Shown in pieces: positions 9,046 to 20,200 of a stretch of DNA of 64,000 nt. This stretch comes from a virus: IMG/VR virus record IMGVR_UViG_3300031656_000001. The stretch is one strand, 5' to 3'. How positions within the stretch are numbered: the first letter of the stretch is position 1; each line of letters starts with the position of its first letter. Under the pieces are notes generated by a model. It was given only the letters and a program-made list of their open reading frames with translations. It was not told the DNA's origin and did no database searches. The position numbers and the translations under genes are program-made.

Positions 9046-11109
9046 TTAAATTTTAAATTTACCAGACAAGATCATGTTCTCATCTATTCCGTTATTGACA
9101 CTGATATAGAATGTTTTATTCTGCATGCCTCTTATTGTATTTGCGTTTGCTTCATTTATTTGAAAGAGTACTTCACCTCTTTCCATATCAATATCTTTAT
9201 TAGATATGTTATTAAATTTAAGTTTTTGTTTCCCATCCGCAAACGTCATTATAACAGACTTTATACCTGTTAAAGAAACATATTCAATATCTCCACCTCT
9301 TTGTTTAGCTATTACAAATTTATAATAACTTGCAAATGGTGAAATTTCAATATTCAAATCACCAGATGATACGAACGGCTTTGTATCTATTTCTTCAACG
9401 CTTTGTGTTGTTATGTTTGTATTATTAGTAGTAAACATTATATTAGAACTACTAGCAATTACGTTATGTCTTTCAATAAATGTTGGTATGTGCTTAATAC
9501 TTTGTGGTAAATTATCTGTAAATATACCTTCTACTATTTTATTAGAAGCCATTGCAGGTAATACATTATAAACTTCAGTTAATTGATTCGGAGAATTAAT
9601 ACGTAGCTTACTCAATCTCTTACCATATTTAGCGGCTTGATTAATTGATAAACTAGCTCTTTTTACAATCTGTGTATTATCAGTTTGATTCCATATTCTC
9701 ATTGTAACATCAATAGAAAAACTAGATGCTATGTTACTATTAATAATAACAGGTCTAAAAACTATTGGAGTACTGAAATCATCATATTGAGTATAAGTTG
9801 TTTGGAATGTTTTAACTTCTGATGTACCTATTGTTTCAAAGACATCTACATCAAACATTGCTATAATATCGTCGGATGATGTTTGTATTTGATTTAGAAT
9901 ATATCCTTCGAATGCTCCAATTGAATCATCCTTTTCTCCGTATATTTTAAAGTAATCACCATCATCAGCATCTTCTACAACCACTGTAAAATCTTGAAAT
10001 TCATCTTCTCTAGAAACTGTAAACTTGTTTTCTTCAGCTGTTTGAAAATAATCATAACCATTAAATGTCTCTAAAGAATCTATAAGCTTAAATGTAAGTT
10101 CATAGTTAGCAGTTGGATTTAGATCACTAGAACCTATAACGCCTGTTCCATAAAATAAATCATTAAATTCAGTATTCTGTTGTACTAATGTAGGTACTTT
10201 AAGATCAATGAATTTACTATAAAGTGCTTCACCTAAAATAAAAGGTTTAGGATTTGCGTATTCGTAGTTACTTGTATTTAAGTATACTAATTGTGTTAAA
10301 TTGTTTTTAACTCCAGATGTTCTAGCGGCTGCAACTTCAAATAAGAAACCTTCATATCCTCTTGCCGCAAAACTATATCCACTTCTAAGGTGTAATCTAA
10401 TACTATCATATTTGATATGATTAATATTATCCATTGCATTCGTTTGTGAATTTAAAAGATCTGTTTCATTTCCACCGGTCCAATCAATATTATTATTAAT
10501 GTAATTAAACATATCATAATCTCCAGTTGAATCATATCCTAATAAAGCATATTTAGATCCGGTAGCATCAGACTTTACTGCGTGGTATCTTCCAATTGTT
10601 TGGTTGATATCATTACCAGTATTTTCATCAGGGTTTGCAAAAAGAGGGTTAGCTCTAGTGTCTACAATTATTTTACCACCTATTAATCCAGTATATGTAT
10701 AATCAATAGTACCGTTTTGTGTTGGTGTAAATTGACCTATCTTTGTAGTTGAAGAATATGAATAAATTCCAAGTGCTCCAGATAAATTGAATGCAGAAGG
10801 ATCTGGTAATAGACTTAAGTTAAACTTATATGTTTTACCGTTTTGTAATAAAAGTGTTCTAGCAGCAAAGTTCTCTACAGACAAATATCCGCTAGATGAC
10901 GTAACATCAAAATTTACTACAGCACTACCCAATTCATTAATTAAGTGGCGTTGTTTAGAAGGATCTCCTTTGACAGTGTCTAGGAATTTTACTTCACTAC
11001 CGTTATCATCTACTTCAATTTGATATTTGGTAGGATTACTTTGATCGTGGTATATAAACTCTAATAAAATATCAGAGTCTAAATAGAAATATCTTGATGA
11101 TTGTGCCAT
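9046..11109 (-). CDS. Putative virion structural protein
   Basis: 687 aa, beta-rich, within the tail module. Confidence 0.5.
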   Translation of the reverse strand: MAQSSRYFYLDSDILLEFIYHDQSNPTKYQIEVDDNGSEVKFLDTVKGDPSKQRHLINELGSAVVNFDVTSSSGYLSVENFAARTLLLQNGKTYKFNLSLLPDPSAFNLSGALGIYSYSSTTKIGQFTPTQNGTIDYTYTGLIGGKIIVDTRANPLFANPDENTGNDINQTIGRYHAVKSDATGSKYALLGYDSTGDYDMFNYINNNIDWTGGNETDLLNSQTNAMDNINHIKYDSIRLHLRSGYSFAARGYEGFLFEVAAARTSGVKNNLTQLVYLNTSNYEYANPKPFILGEALYSKFIDLKVPTLVQQNTEFNDLFYGTGVIGSSDLNPTANYELTFKLIDSLETFNGYDYFQTAEENKFTVSREDEFQDFTVVVEDADDGDYFKIYGEKDDSIGAFEGYILNQIQTSSDDIIAMFDVDVFETIGTSEVKTFQTTYTQYDDFSTPIVFRPVIINSNIASSFSIDVTMRIWNQTDNTQIVKRASLSINQAAKYGKRLSKLRINSPNQLTEVYNVLPAMASNKIVEGIFTDNLPQSIKHIPTFIERHNVIASSSNIMFTTNNTNITTQSVEEIDTKPFVSSGDLNIEISPFASYYKFVIAKQRGGDIEYVSLTGIKSVIMTFADGKQKLKFNNISNKDIDMERGEVLFQINEANANTIRGMQNKTFYISVNNGIDENMILSGKFKI

Positions 11110-11123
11110 TCTTTTATATTATT

Positions 11124-11927
11124 TTAAAATCTTAACCATTTTGGTGAGTAGTATAATCCAATGCCTATTGAAGGACCAGTACTTATGACCTGATTATTGT
11201 TTAAGTTGATTCCATATCCAATACCAAATCCTATAGCAAATCCACCTTTCTTAACTGGCTTTCTATTCAATTTTGTATTTATTAGATTTATGTTTTCAAT
11301 ATCTGTGAAAGTTAATCCAGGATATTTTGTTGATATTTTTAATTGATCAGCACCGTTGATATTTTCAATAGCAGCTAATAAACTAATTTTATGTGTTATG
11401 TCAAACGTTGCATCCCCGTAATTAAATCCAGTAGAATCCTTTGTTACAAACATAATACCTTTAAGATCTCTAGAATTACTATCGCCAAAATCATTAAACT
11501 TATTAAAAGTTAATTTAGTTGTTACTGAATCTACCTCTGTAGAAACCGTATTTACTATTATGCTATCTTTAATATCAATGTTTGCAGATAATAATGAATT
11601 TACTTTATTTAAATCTTTATTTATATTTAATGCATTCTTATATTTCTTTATTAATATAGATTGATCATCTTTTAAATCACTTAAATCAAGTTCATAGCTT
11701 CTAATCTCAGAGACTAAACTGCCATTACTGGAAGTCATTGTTCTGATAGTATCCTTTGATGCTAAATAATTATTGAAATTTCTATTAGAATCTTCTTTAG
11801 CAATCTCTACTTCTCTTTTAAGATTTTCAGTTTGATTACATTGTCTAAGAAACAGTAAAGCAAATAAAGCAATTGCTATGAATATAACAGTGTTTTTATT
11901 AGCAAATATATTTTTTAATTTATTCAT
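11124..11927 (-). CDS. Membrane-anchored coiled-coil protein with C-terminal beta-hairpin (putative spanin-like lysis protein)
   Basis: N-terminal TM segment, coiled coil, and C-terminal GFAIGFGIGYG...PSIGIGLYY...WLRF alternating strands; late motif at 11932-11941. Confidence 0.5.
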   Translation of the reverse strand: MNKLKNIFANKNTVIFIAIALFALLFLRQCNQTENLKREVEIAKEDSNRNFNNYLASKDTIRTMTSSNGSLVSEIRSYELDLSDLKDDQSILIKKYKNALNINKDLNKVNSLLSANIDIKDSIIVNTVSTEVDSVTTKLTFNKFNDFGDSNSRDLKGIMFVTKDSTGFNYGDATFDITHKISLLAAIENINGADQLKISTKYPGLTFTDIENINLINTKLNRKPVKKGGFAIGFGIGYGINLNNNQVISTGPSIGIGLYYSPKWLRF

Positions 11928-11949
11928 ATTATTATATATTCATCGTTTA

Positions 11950-12510
11950 TTATGGTGTAGAACCAGTTCCTCCACCTCCACTAGTTGTTGGTGTTGCAGT
12001 CGGTGTTGGTGTTGCAAACGTCGCAATAATTGATTGTGATGGTGTTGCAGTCGGTGTTGGTGTTGCAAACGTCGCAATAATTGATTGTGATGGTGTTGCA
12101 GTCGGTGTTGGTGTTGCAAACGTCGCAATAATTGATTGTGATGGTGTTGCAGTCGGTGTTGGTGTTGCTCCAGAACCAGTTCCTCCACCTCCACTAGTTG
12201 TTGGTGTTGCAGTTGGTGTTGCAGTTGGCGTTGCAGTTGGCGTTGCAGTTGGCGTTGCAGTAATTCCTGTACCAGCAGCTTGCGATACTGTTATTGCATC
12301 AGTAGTAGTGCCGTTATCATGAGTTACAGTAAGAGTAGCAGTCCTTGCAATACCAGTATTAACTCCTAATTCAATCCGCCATTCGTTGTTTGCAGTTGCA
12401 CCGAGTTGTGTAACCGTAATCCACACAGGCATAGAAGTCTGATTCCATGTGTATGACGTTCCTATTGGAGTAATATTTACTGTTCTCGTATATTGATTAG
12501 TTGCGCTCAT
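11950..12510 (-). CDS. BACON-domain protein with Pro/Thr-rich tail
   Basis: YTW...PVWITV...NTGIARTATLTV...ITVSQAA is a BACON/Ig signature, followed by TPTA repeats. Confidence 0.75.
   Translation of the reverse strand: MSATNQYTRTVNITPIGTSYTWNQTSMPVWITVTQLGATANNEWRIELGVNTGIARTATLTVTHDNGTTTDAITVSQAAGTGITATPTATPTATPTATPTATPTTSGGGGTGSGATPTPTATPSQSIIATFATPTPTATPSQSIIATFATPTPTATPSQSIIATFATPTPTATPTTSGGGGTGSTP
11959..12260. repeat. Nested repeats: 3 perfect 51-bp units, 12-bp TATP units and a 42-bp direct repeat
   Basis: Period-51 unit (ATPTPTATPSQSIIATF); agaaccagttcctccacctccactagttgttggtgttgcagt at 11959-12000 and 12172-12213. Confidence 0.95.
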
Positions 12511-12562
12511 CGTTATTTCTTTTTTATATTATATATATTCGTCTTCTTTTATCTAAGAATAT

Positions 12563-14221
12563 TTATAGGGGGTTACTAAATTCCTCCTCTTTTGCAAATA
12601 CTAAATTGTGCACTAAATATCCGTTTGCGAAATATACATCATAATCTTCAATATCTAATGAATAAGTAACAAACGATTCAGTTGGTGTCACTTTTACAAT
12701 ACTTGTAACATCAATCCATTCGTTATTTTCATTCAACATTTTATCACCAACTGCAACATCTTTAGTTATTTTAAATCTAACTTCATTTGCAACTGTCTTA
12801 ACTAAAACAGGGTGTTCGTATGTAATCTTAAGTGCATCATTGTTAATGTTATAATATGAAGTGTAAGTATCTACCTTTATGTTTACAACAGATGCTGTTG
12901 TATATTCGTCTATGTAATCAACAAATGGTGTATTGAATTCCAATAAATCAGATTCATCAACACCGAGTCCATTTATGTTTAATGATAATAATGAATCACC
13001 TACTATTAATTCCTCGATCAATTTAGTTTGCCCGTTTGCTAATGTTATTAATTCACCTGCCAAGTGACATCCTCCTCCCCCTCCACCTGTGCTAACAGTC
13101 GGTGTTGCAGTCGGTGTTGCAGTCGGTACCGCAGTTGGATTATTTTTTGTCACATTTACAGTTACTGATAATGTTGGTGTTGCAGTCGGTGTTGGTGTTG
13201 CAGTCACTGTGACCGCGTCAGAACCTGTTCCTCCGCCTCCACTACTAGTTGGTGTTGCAGTCGGTGTTGCAGTTACAGTAGGTGTTGGTGTTGCAGTTGT
13301 TATAGGCGTTCCATCAGCATTTGCATTAATGTTACCACCTATAATATTTATACTATCATTAACAGCTGTCCCGCATTCAGTACATAATTCTCTCCATTCG
13401 GGTGAATTTGAATTATAATAATATGCTTCAACTATATCTAATGTGTGATTAAATCTAATCATCCCAACTTTCGAAATCGCCGGCCTCTGTATTGTTGTTC
13501 CATACGGTAGTCTTAAATAACCTTTAAATTCTGCATCTATATCAACATCTAATATACCAGAACCTGTTGTTTCAAGTGTAATGTTTTGATTATTTATTGA
13601 TTTTAAACCAACGCCGTGACCTGTCATTGTTAATGGTGCAGTATCTGATGTGAACGTAATTTTATCTGTTGTGATTGCAAATTCTACATTAGAACTTCCA
13701 TAATCCTTTTTCAAATTAAATTTAGAAAAACCAGAAACTTCAGTGCTTGTTATCACTAAGCTACTAATAACACCTAAATTGACATGTTGTAATTTAATAT
13801 AGTTTTCATATATATTGTCTATAGCTATAGTCAATCTAGCATTAGTTAACGTATCACCGTCATTTACACTCTCTGTAAATGCAGGATCTCCTAACCATAT
13901 TATAGGTAAATTATTATCGCTACTTCTCTTTGGTTTTAAAATAGAAACAGTGTTTGTACTACCATTGCCAGCATTTACCTCAACTCTATACCACGGCGTA
14001 TCTGTTAATCCAGCAACACCTTGATCTCCTTGATCTCCTTTTTCTCCTTGATCTCCTTTTTGTCCAGTTGTACCTGGTAAACCTTGATCTCCCGTTTGAC
14101 CGATTGGCCCCATTGGTCCACCGCCATTTGCTAAAATTTGGTCAAAGTTATAATTGATTTTCCCGAACTTTATAGAGTCAGAATCGCTTGGGTGTAATAT
14201 CTCTTGAATGTTAATTGCCAT
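12563..14221 (-). CDS. Collagen-containing tail fibre-like protein with PT linkers and C-terminal Hint (intein-like) domain
   Basis: KINYNFDQI fibre N-terminus; about 12 GXY triplets; LRLPYGTTIQRP...GMIRFN fibre motif; Hint domain from CHLAG (Cys codon 13069) through ITYEHP to YFANGYLVHN (12605). Confidence 0.8.
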   Translation of the reverse strand: MAINIQEILHPSDSDSIKFGKINYNFDQILANGGGPMGPIGQTGDQGLPGTTGQKGDQGEKGDQGDQGVAGLTDTPWYRVEVNAGNGSTNTVSILKPKRSSDNNLPIIWLGDPAFTESVNDGDTLTNARLTIAIDNIYENYIKLQHVNLGVISSLVITSTEVSGFSKFNLKKDYGSSNVEFAITTDKITFTSDTAPLTMTGHGVGLKSINNQNITLETTGSGILDVDIDAEFKGYLRLPYGTTIQRPAISKVGMIRFNHTLDIVEAYYYNSNSPEWRELCTECGTAVNDSINIIGGNINANADGTPITTATPTPTVTATPTATPTSSGGGGTGSDAVTVTATPTPTATPTLSVTVNVTKNNPTAVPTATPTATPTVSTGGGGGGCHLAGELITLANGQTKLIEELIVGDSLLSLNINGLGVDESDLLEFNTPFVDYIDEYTTASVVNIKVDTYTSYYNINNDALKITYEHPVLVKTVANEVRFKITKDVAVGDKMLNENNEWIDVTSIVKVTPTESFVTYSLDIEDYDVYFANGYLVHNLVFAKEEEFSNPL

Positions 14222-14222
14222 T

Positions 14223-17200
14223 TTAAGACTTTATTTTTATCATAGGTTTAATGTCGTAAGAATACCCTAATCTTTTATTATATATCAATCTAAAATTCAT
14301 AGGCTTTTGCCTGTGTGATTTATATATGAAATTATTGTCTGGTGTATATTCACCATCACTTAATGACTCAATGTCAGTTACATCTACTATGCTAGATGCA
14401 GCTCCTTTAAAACTCCTTGTATATAAAGATATAGAATTCACTACAAATTGTTCAATAATATTTTTATTTATATAAAAGTCAGCATCATCAGAAAGCGTAG
14501 TTTTATCACCTGCTGAATTTTCTGCGTTAACGTGTTTCTGAATTCTAGCTAATACACCGTCTTCCTTTAATAACCTAATAGTAGCATCTGTGATATAAAA
14601 ATCTGCCGTAATTTGTTTATCGTCTTCAAATAACAAAACCTCTGATTTGTTTATCGAATTCTTCATGATATAATTCAATTCTTCATAATCCTCTACAATT
14701 TCATATGTAAACGATACAATACTATATTCATTTTTAATTTTCATTAATGTTGAAGCAAAGTATGATCTTTCTTCAGTATTGTCTAGCGTTCCCGGAACAC
14801 TTTCTGATTTTCCACCAGGAAATGATCTAGTATAATATCCAGAATCCCATGAAGATCTAAACACGTTAATATCTTTTTTAGCAATTGCAATTTCATCAAT
14901 TGCTGGATACAATGGAAGTTTATCAGAAGATTCAGATAATTTGGTTACACCACTTGGGTTTATTTCATTTACCTTATGATAGAAATGGTTTTTAATAACA
15001 CCCCAATTCTTATCATGTAAGCCACCGTCCTGTATAAATCCTAAATTAAACGTAGTTCCACATCTATTATATCTTTCATAATATGATTTAGCAGTAGTTA
15101 ATTCATAACTGTCAGACAATGAATGTTTGTAAAGTTTAGACTCTAATCCCATTTCCCTGTTATCTGCGCTCGCTTGAATTCTATTAGATTTGAAATGAGT
15201 GTACATATCAGTAAATGTAATTACTGGTTTAAAATCAACAGTATATGATCCATTGTGTCTTATTAAAAATGGATAATATGAAGTATCTTTTGATGAAACC
15301 AAATCATATCCAATAATACCCTTGGATAATTTATGGCTTTTCGGTTTATTGTTATCTTCTTCTATTGAAAGAGTAGCTTGTTTGATTATTTCATTTCCAT
15401 CCTCAAAGTTGATCGTAAATCTGTTATTATTTACTGTACCGTCCTCTTCTATTGATGTATATGTAATACGGTCATCATCTTTGTTAATTATGTCTGCAAC
15501 CTCATTAATAGAAAGTTTTTCCAGTACGTTTTTGTATATGTCAATTCCACCACCTACATAATAATATTTAATATTACTTTGTAATAAATTAGGTAAATAA
15601 GAGATATCTAAGAAGTCAGTATCATCAATAACATTCACTGGTCTATTTCTAATAGTAATCACATTATCGCTTTCAATAGATGCTATTGAAATTTTGTACA
15701 TTTTATTACCAGACTCATTAGGGTAAATATCCATTAATATGTCTCCGTATAAGCCATTTTCACCTCTGAGTATTTGATTGTTGAAATCAGGAATAGATCC
15801 ATCAAAGTTATTAATACCTTCGATTGTATAAGGTGAACCTCCAGTTAAATCAGCAGTGTTCCACTTCAATGCTCCGTCAATTGCTGTATTTGCATATACA
15901 TAATCGCCAATTGTTTGATCATATATAATTTTATGATTTAATTCATATAATAATTTTCTATTCATATTACCATCTATCCAATAATCACTTAAGTTTAGAT
16001 TAATAAAGAATATTACAAATTTGAATTTCTTATTTTGAATAACTTCAAATTCTATGTCGTTTTTATTATTATCTGTGTTTGTTTTTAATAAAATACTAAA
16101 TTTGTATCCGTTAAATTCACTGTTTTTTACAAAATCTACAGCAGTCTTATTAATAAATTCTTTCCTGTTTTTTAATACAACTTTCAAACCTTTAAAAATA
16201 GTACTAGCAAAAGATCCGCTAGCTCCGCCGTCAATTGTGGTGTATTTCTTTTTTAAATTAGTTTTGAAGAATGTATTATTAATATCTTCAGTATTTAAAT
16301 AACCGCTGTCATATTCTCCAAACAATGTAGATATACTTGATGTATCTGCTTCACTTAAGTTTTTCTCAAAACCTTCAGTGATCATGAACTTGTCAAAGTA
16401 ATCATTATTAGTACTTTTAAATAAGTTAGCAGTTAAATCAAAGTCTTCCATGAAATTAACATAAGAGAAAGTGTCGTTTAAATTGTCGTATTTTAAATAC
16501 TTTGGTTTTTTGTCCATATAAAACCATTCATGTGTCATATCATCCTTACTACGACCGGTTGCTGTTAAATCTGGTGAAAAATTAGTTCTACCAAAAGCTT
16601 CGTTTGTATTTAAATAATAAGGTTGATCTCTAACTGTTAATGAATCTTTTAAAACCCATTTATTAATATTGGGTACTATTCTAGAATTAATAGCAAATTC
16701 CTTTAATTGATTTTCTTTTAATCTATCAAATTCACTCGTGATAATTTCAGTAGATTCCTCATATACAGATTCCTCTGTTAAAATTCCAGAAAGATTCGAA
16801 AAGTAATTTATAGGCGCCATGTTATAATTATCGTTAAATATATTATTCGCTGATAATTCCGATCCAGGCATATCAAGGTGTTCCTCAATGTTCTGTATTG
16901 CATGATCATATGGTGCGTACGCTATATTACTTGTGGTTTCTAAACTAAGTTCTTTTAAATCAGAATTAGATGTATCATAAAAATCAAAGTTCATGTCGTA
17001 TACGTCATACGCAGAAAATAATCCTATCCTAACAACATCTTGATTAAATACTCTTGCTTCTCCGCTTTCAGAATCTGATTTTGATTCCAATATTAATTTA
17101 GATTTGGTAGAATCAAAAGATCTAACATCTTCCACTATATCTAATACCTTATTGTATTTTCCCTTATGTCTTGTTTCTAAATAATCTCCGATCGATATTT

Positions 17201-20200
17201 CACTAACCGTTGTGTTATCAACATATACTGATTTAGATGTAGAATTACCACCATTTAAATAATGTGCAGACCAATTAGAAAGTACCGTATTATTACCGTT
17301 AAATTGTTCTCTTAATTTTAAAATATTACCAGTATCGTGATTACCAACTCTTATGAAATCCACAACATTTGATTTATTAACTAAAACAGTATGTTGTAAT
17401 AATCTATAACCTGGTATTTTTGTTTTAATATAAATATTTTGGCCAGAATTAACTGCATCTAATTCGCTATCATCCATGTGTATTGCTGAAGCCAACGCCA
17501 ATGTAATATCGCTGACACTACCTTGATTAGAAAATAAATTACCTTGATACGTTCCCTTGTCTAATGCATATGAAGCAACATACGTTCTATTTTGAATTTT
17601 AATGTTTGATTGTATTTGATCAACTCTTATAATAGAACTTATTGCACTTGAGATATACATATTTAAATCTCCTAAGTTTGTTTGACTTTCAGTTATAACA
17701 AATGATTTCGTTGCATCGTCTACTGTTAAATCTAGGTACTTGTTTAAATCAGGTAATAATGCCCATGCATTTAGTATACTTGTTTTTGTATCATTTAAAG
17801 AGTTGTTTTCAAATAATATACCCGTGTTAAAAGAGAATTGCTTTAATCCAGTTGAATCTTCTAAGTTAATTGTAATACTTTCACCCGCAATATGTTTAAT
17901 AAATGTAAATTTATAAGCTTCTTCTCTAGAACCAACTACCGCTATTTTATCTCCGGTTTCAGGTGTATCTGTAATTGACATTTTAACAAAATCGTAACCT
18001 CTCTCATCATTCTTTGTTAGGTTAATTGATCTACCAGTGTGCGATATACCAATGCTACTATGTATAACACCAGTACTATCATCTATTTTAACTTCTAGCT
18101 GTTCAGGATCATAAAGACCTATCTTAGAAGGATTAGATATTTTATAATATATTTTATTTACACAAACATAACCAAGTGTAGGTGAAGTTTGCATCTGTTT
18201 ATATGATGGTATTGCAGTTACTGGTTTATCAACATCTACAAGAGATTTGACTTTATTAAACTTAATAACATTATTACTAATAGACTCTATTTCACCATTA
18301 CCTGAATCGATTGTGTCGACATATAATCCAAAGTACCTATTGACACTATAATCAACTGAACTGTCATCATCAAACAAAAATTCTAAGTTTAATAAATTAG
18401 CACATATCATCTTGTTTCGTTTAAATCCGTCTGTGATAAAATCGTTTGCCTCAATAAGAGGTTTATCTGTACGTACAAAATCATTGTGAATATATTCACC
18501 TTTGCTTGTTATTTCACCTGACTTGATATCGATTCCATTATAATTAGTCATCTCACCCTTATCAAAAGAGACAGTGATTGGTGATTTTGGAAATGTTTCT
18601 TGTTGTACATGATTTCTAATATATGTACCTATATTTGATGTACTTGTTAAATCAAACGATTTAACAATCTCTGCATTTTCAAGCATATCTTGAATCACAT
18701 TTGCATTATTCTCATCTACTGCGTCGATATTTATACCTATTGGATTTTTAACTTTAAATATAACAAAATTACTAGGTATATTATCATCTGCCCATATTGG
18801 CGCAAACATTCTATATTTTTCTGTATAATTCTTAGAATGATTATAAGTAGTACCATATTGATACTCTTCTTCTATTTGTTTATCATATGAGTCCAATACA
18901 TTTAAATCAGATTCTGCTCTTTTCGTTGCGAAAATTAATGCAGCAGGAGTTCCTTTTGATTTAAAGAAATTAGACACGTCAGATGCATAGTTACCATTAG
19001 GATTAATTACATTCTTTTTATATTTTATACTAGCGAGATCTTTAGAAGCATTTATACTTTCTAAATAAACCGAATCATCAGAACTTGTAACAATTTTAAT
19101 GTTACCAGATAATTTAGGATTTGTTCTTAATAATGGTTTGGTTACATTATCTAACTTGTAATTAGATTGCGTATTGAAATTAGGACCTACTTTAACAGTA
19201 TCATATCCACTTACTAATGGAAATGTATATGTTGATGTAATTGTTGCAGTATCACCCACAATACATGGGCTTAAATCTGTATTATTATAAATATTAACAA
19301 CTGATTCACTAGATATTCCTATTTCTATTCCACTTGAAACAACAGGTCGTTGCTGTGATGTTATTCCAGTATTTTTTAATAAAAGAATAGCAGTATCCAT
19401 ATCTTCTGCAATGATCTTCACTGCGTATTCCAAACAGCTATCGAAGCTCGTAGTCTTTATTATTTTACCAAACGATATATCAGTAATGAATGTTTCTATA
19501 TGACTACCAGCATCACCCCCTTGATTGGTGTGCAATCCGTCTATTACATATATTGGCCAGAATACTGTTTCATTATTATTACTATTGTCAGGTCCCTCTA
19601 TTTCTGGGTTACTAGAATAAAATCCGTAAAAAACATTCATGTCATTTATGCCACTTCCCTCAATTAAGTTTACAGGTATACTTGGTTTATTATAATTACT
19701 ACATGTTCCACTATGCGTTATATTGATACCCGATGCTAGTAAATTATTATTATCATATCCATACCATTTTACATTAACATTATCTCCTGAATTTTCCCAT
19801 GTAAAGAATCCATTTCCATCAGAAAATATATTTGATTCAAACAAATCATCAGCATCTTCAATTTCAGCACCAATCTCAGATTTGTAAATTAAAACATTGG
19901 ACTTAGCTAGCTCAATTAGCGTTGATATTACACCTGTATTCTTAAGTACTCTGTAGAATAAATTAGTATTTGTTTTTGTAGCTGCACAATATTGATTTAT
20001 ATTAGGATCTGATACGGTAGAAGTTTCAATTGAATTCATAGATTCCACATCATACAGTAATGTTTCTTCACATTCCCATGTCAATAATGGTGGATTCTGA
20101 TTTGAATCCGATTCTACCCAATCATTTGTAGTTGATCTCTTGTAATGAACATTATTTGTATTATCAGTTTCGCTGTATATTCCACTAGCAATAGTTCCTA

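Noticed and set aside
11940-12194. His/Gln-rich repeat ORF (QHQHRLQHHHNQ)
   Set aside because: It is an alternative frame of the 51-bp PT repeat in the BACON gene.
11959-12260. Possible CRISPR array
   Set aside because: The units are contiguous identical in-frame coding repeats with no unique spacers, and there are no cas genes in the window.
12605-13069. Canonical mobile intein
   Set aside because: The +1 residue is Leu, there is no endonuclease domain and the C-extein is tiny; it is treated as a BIL/Hint domain.
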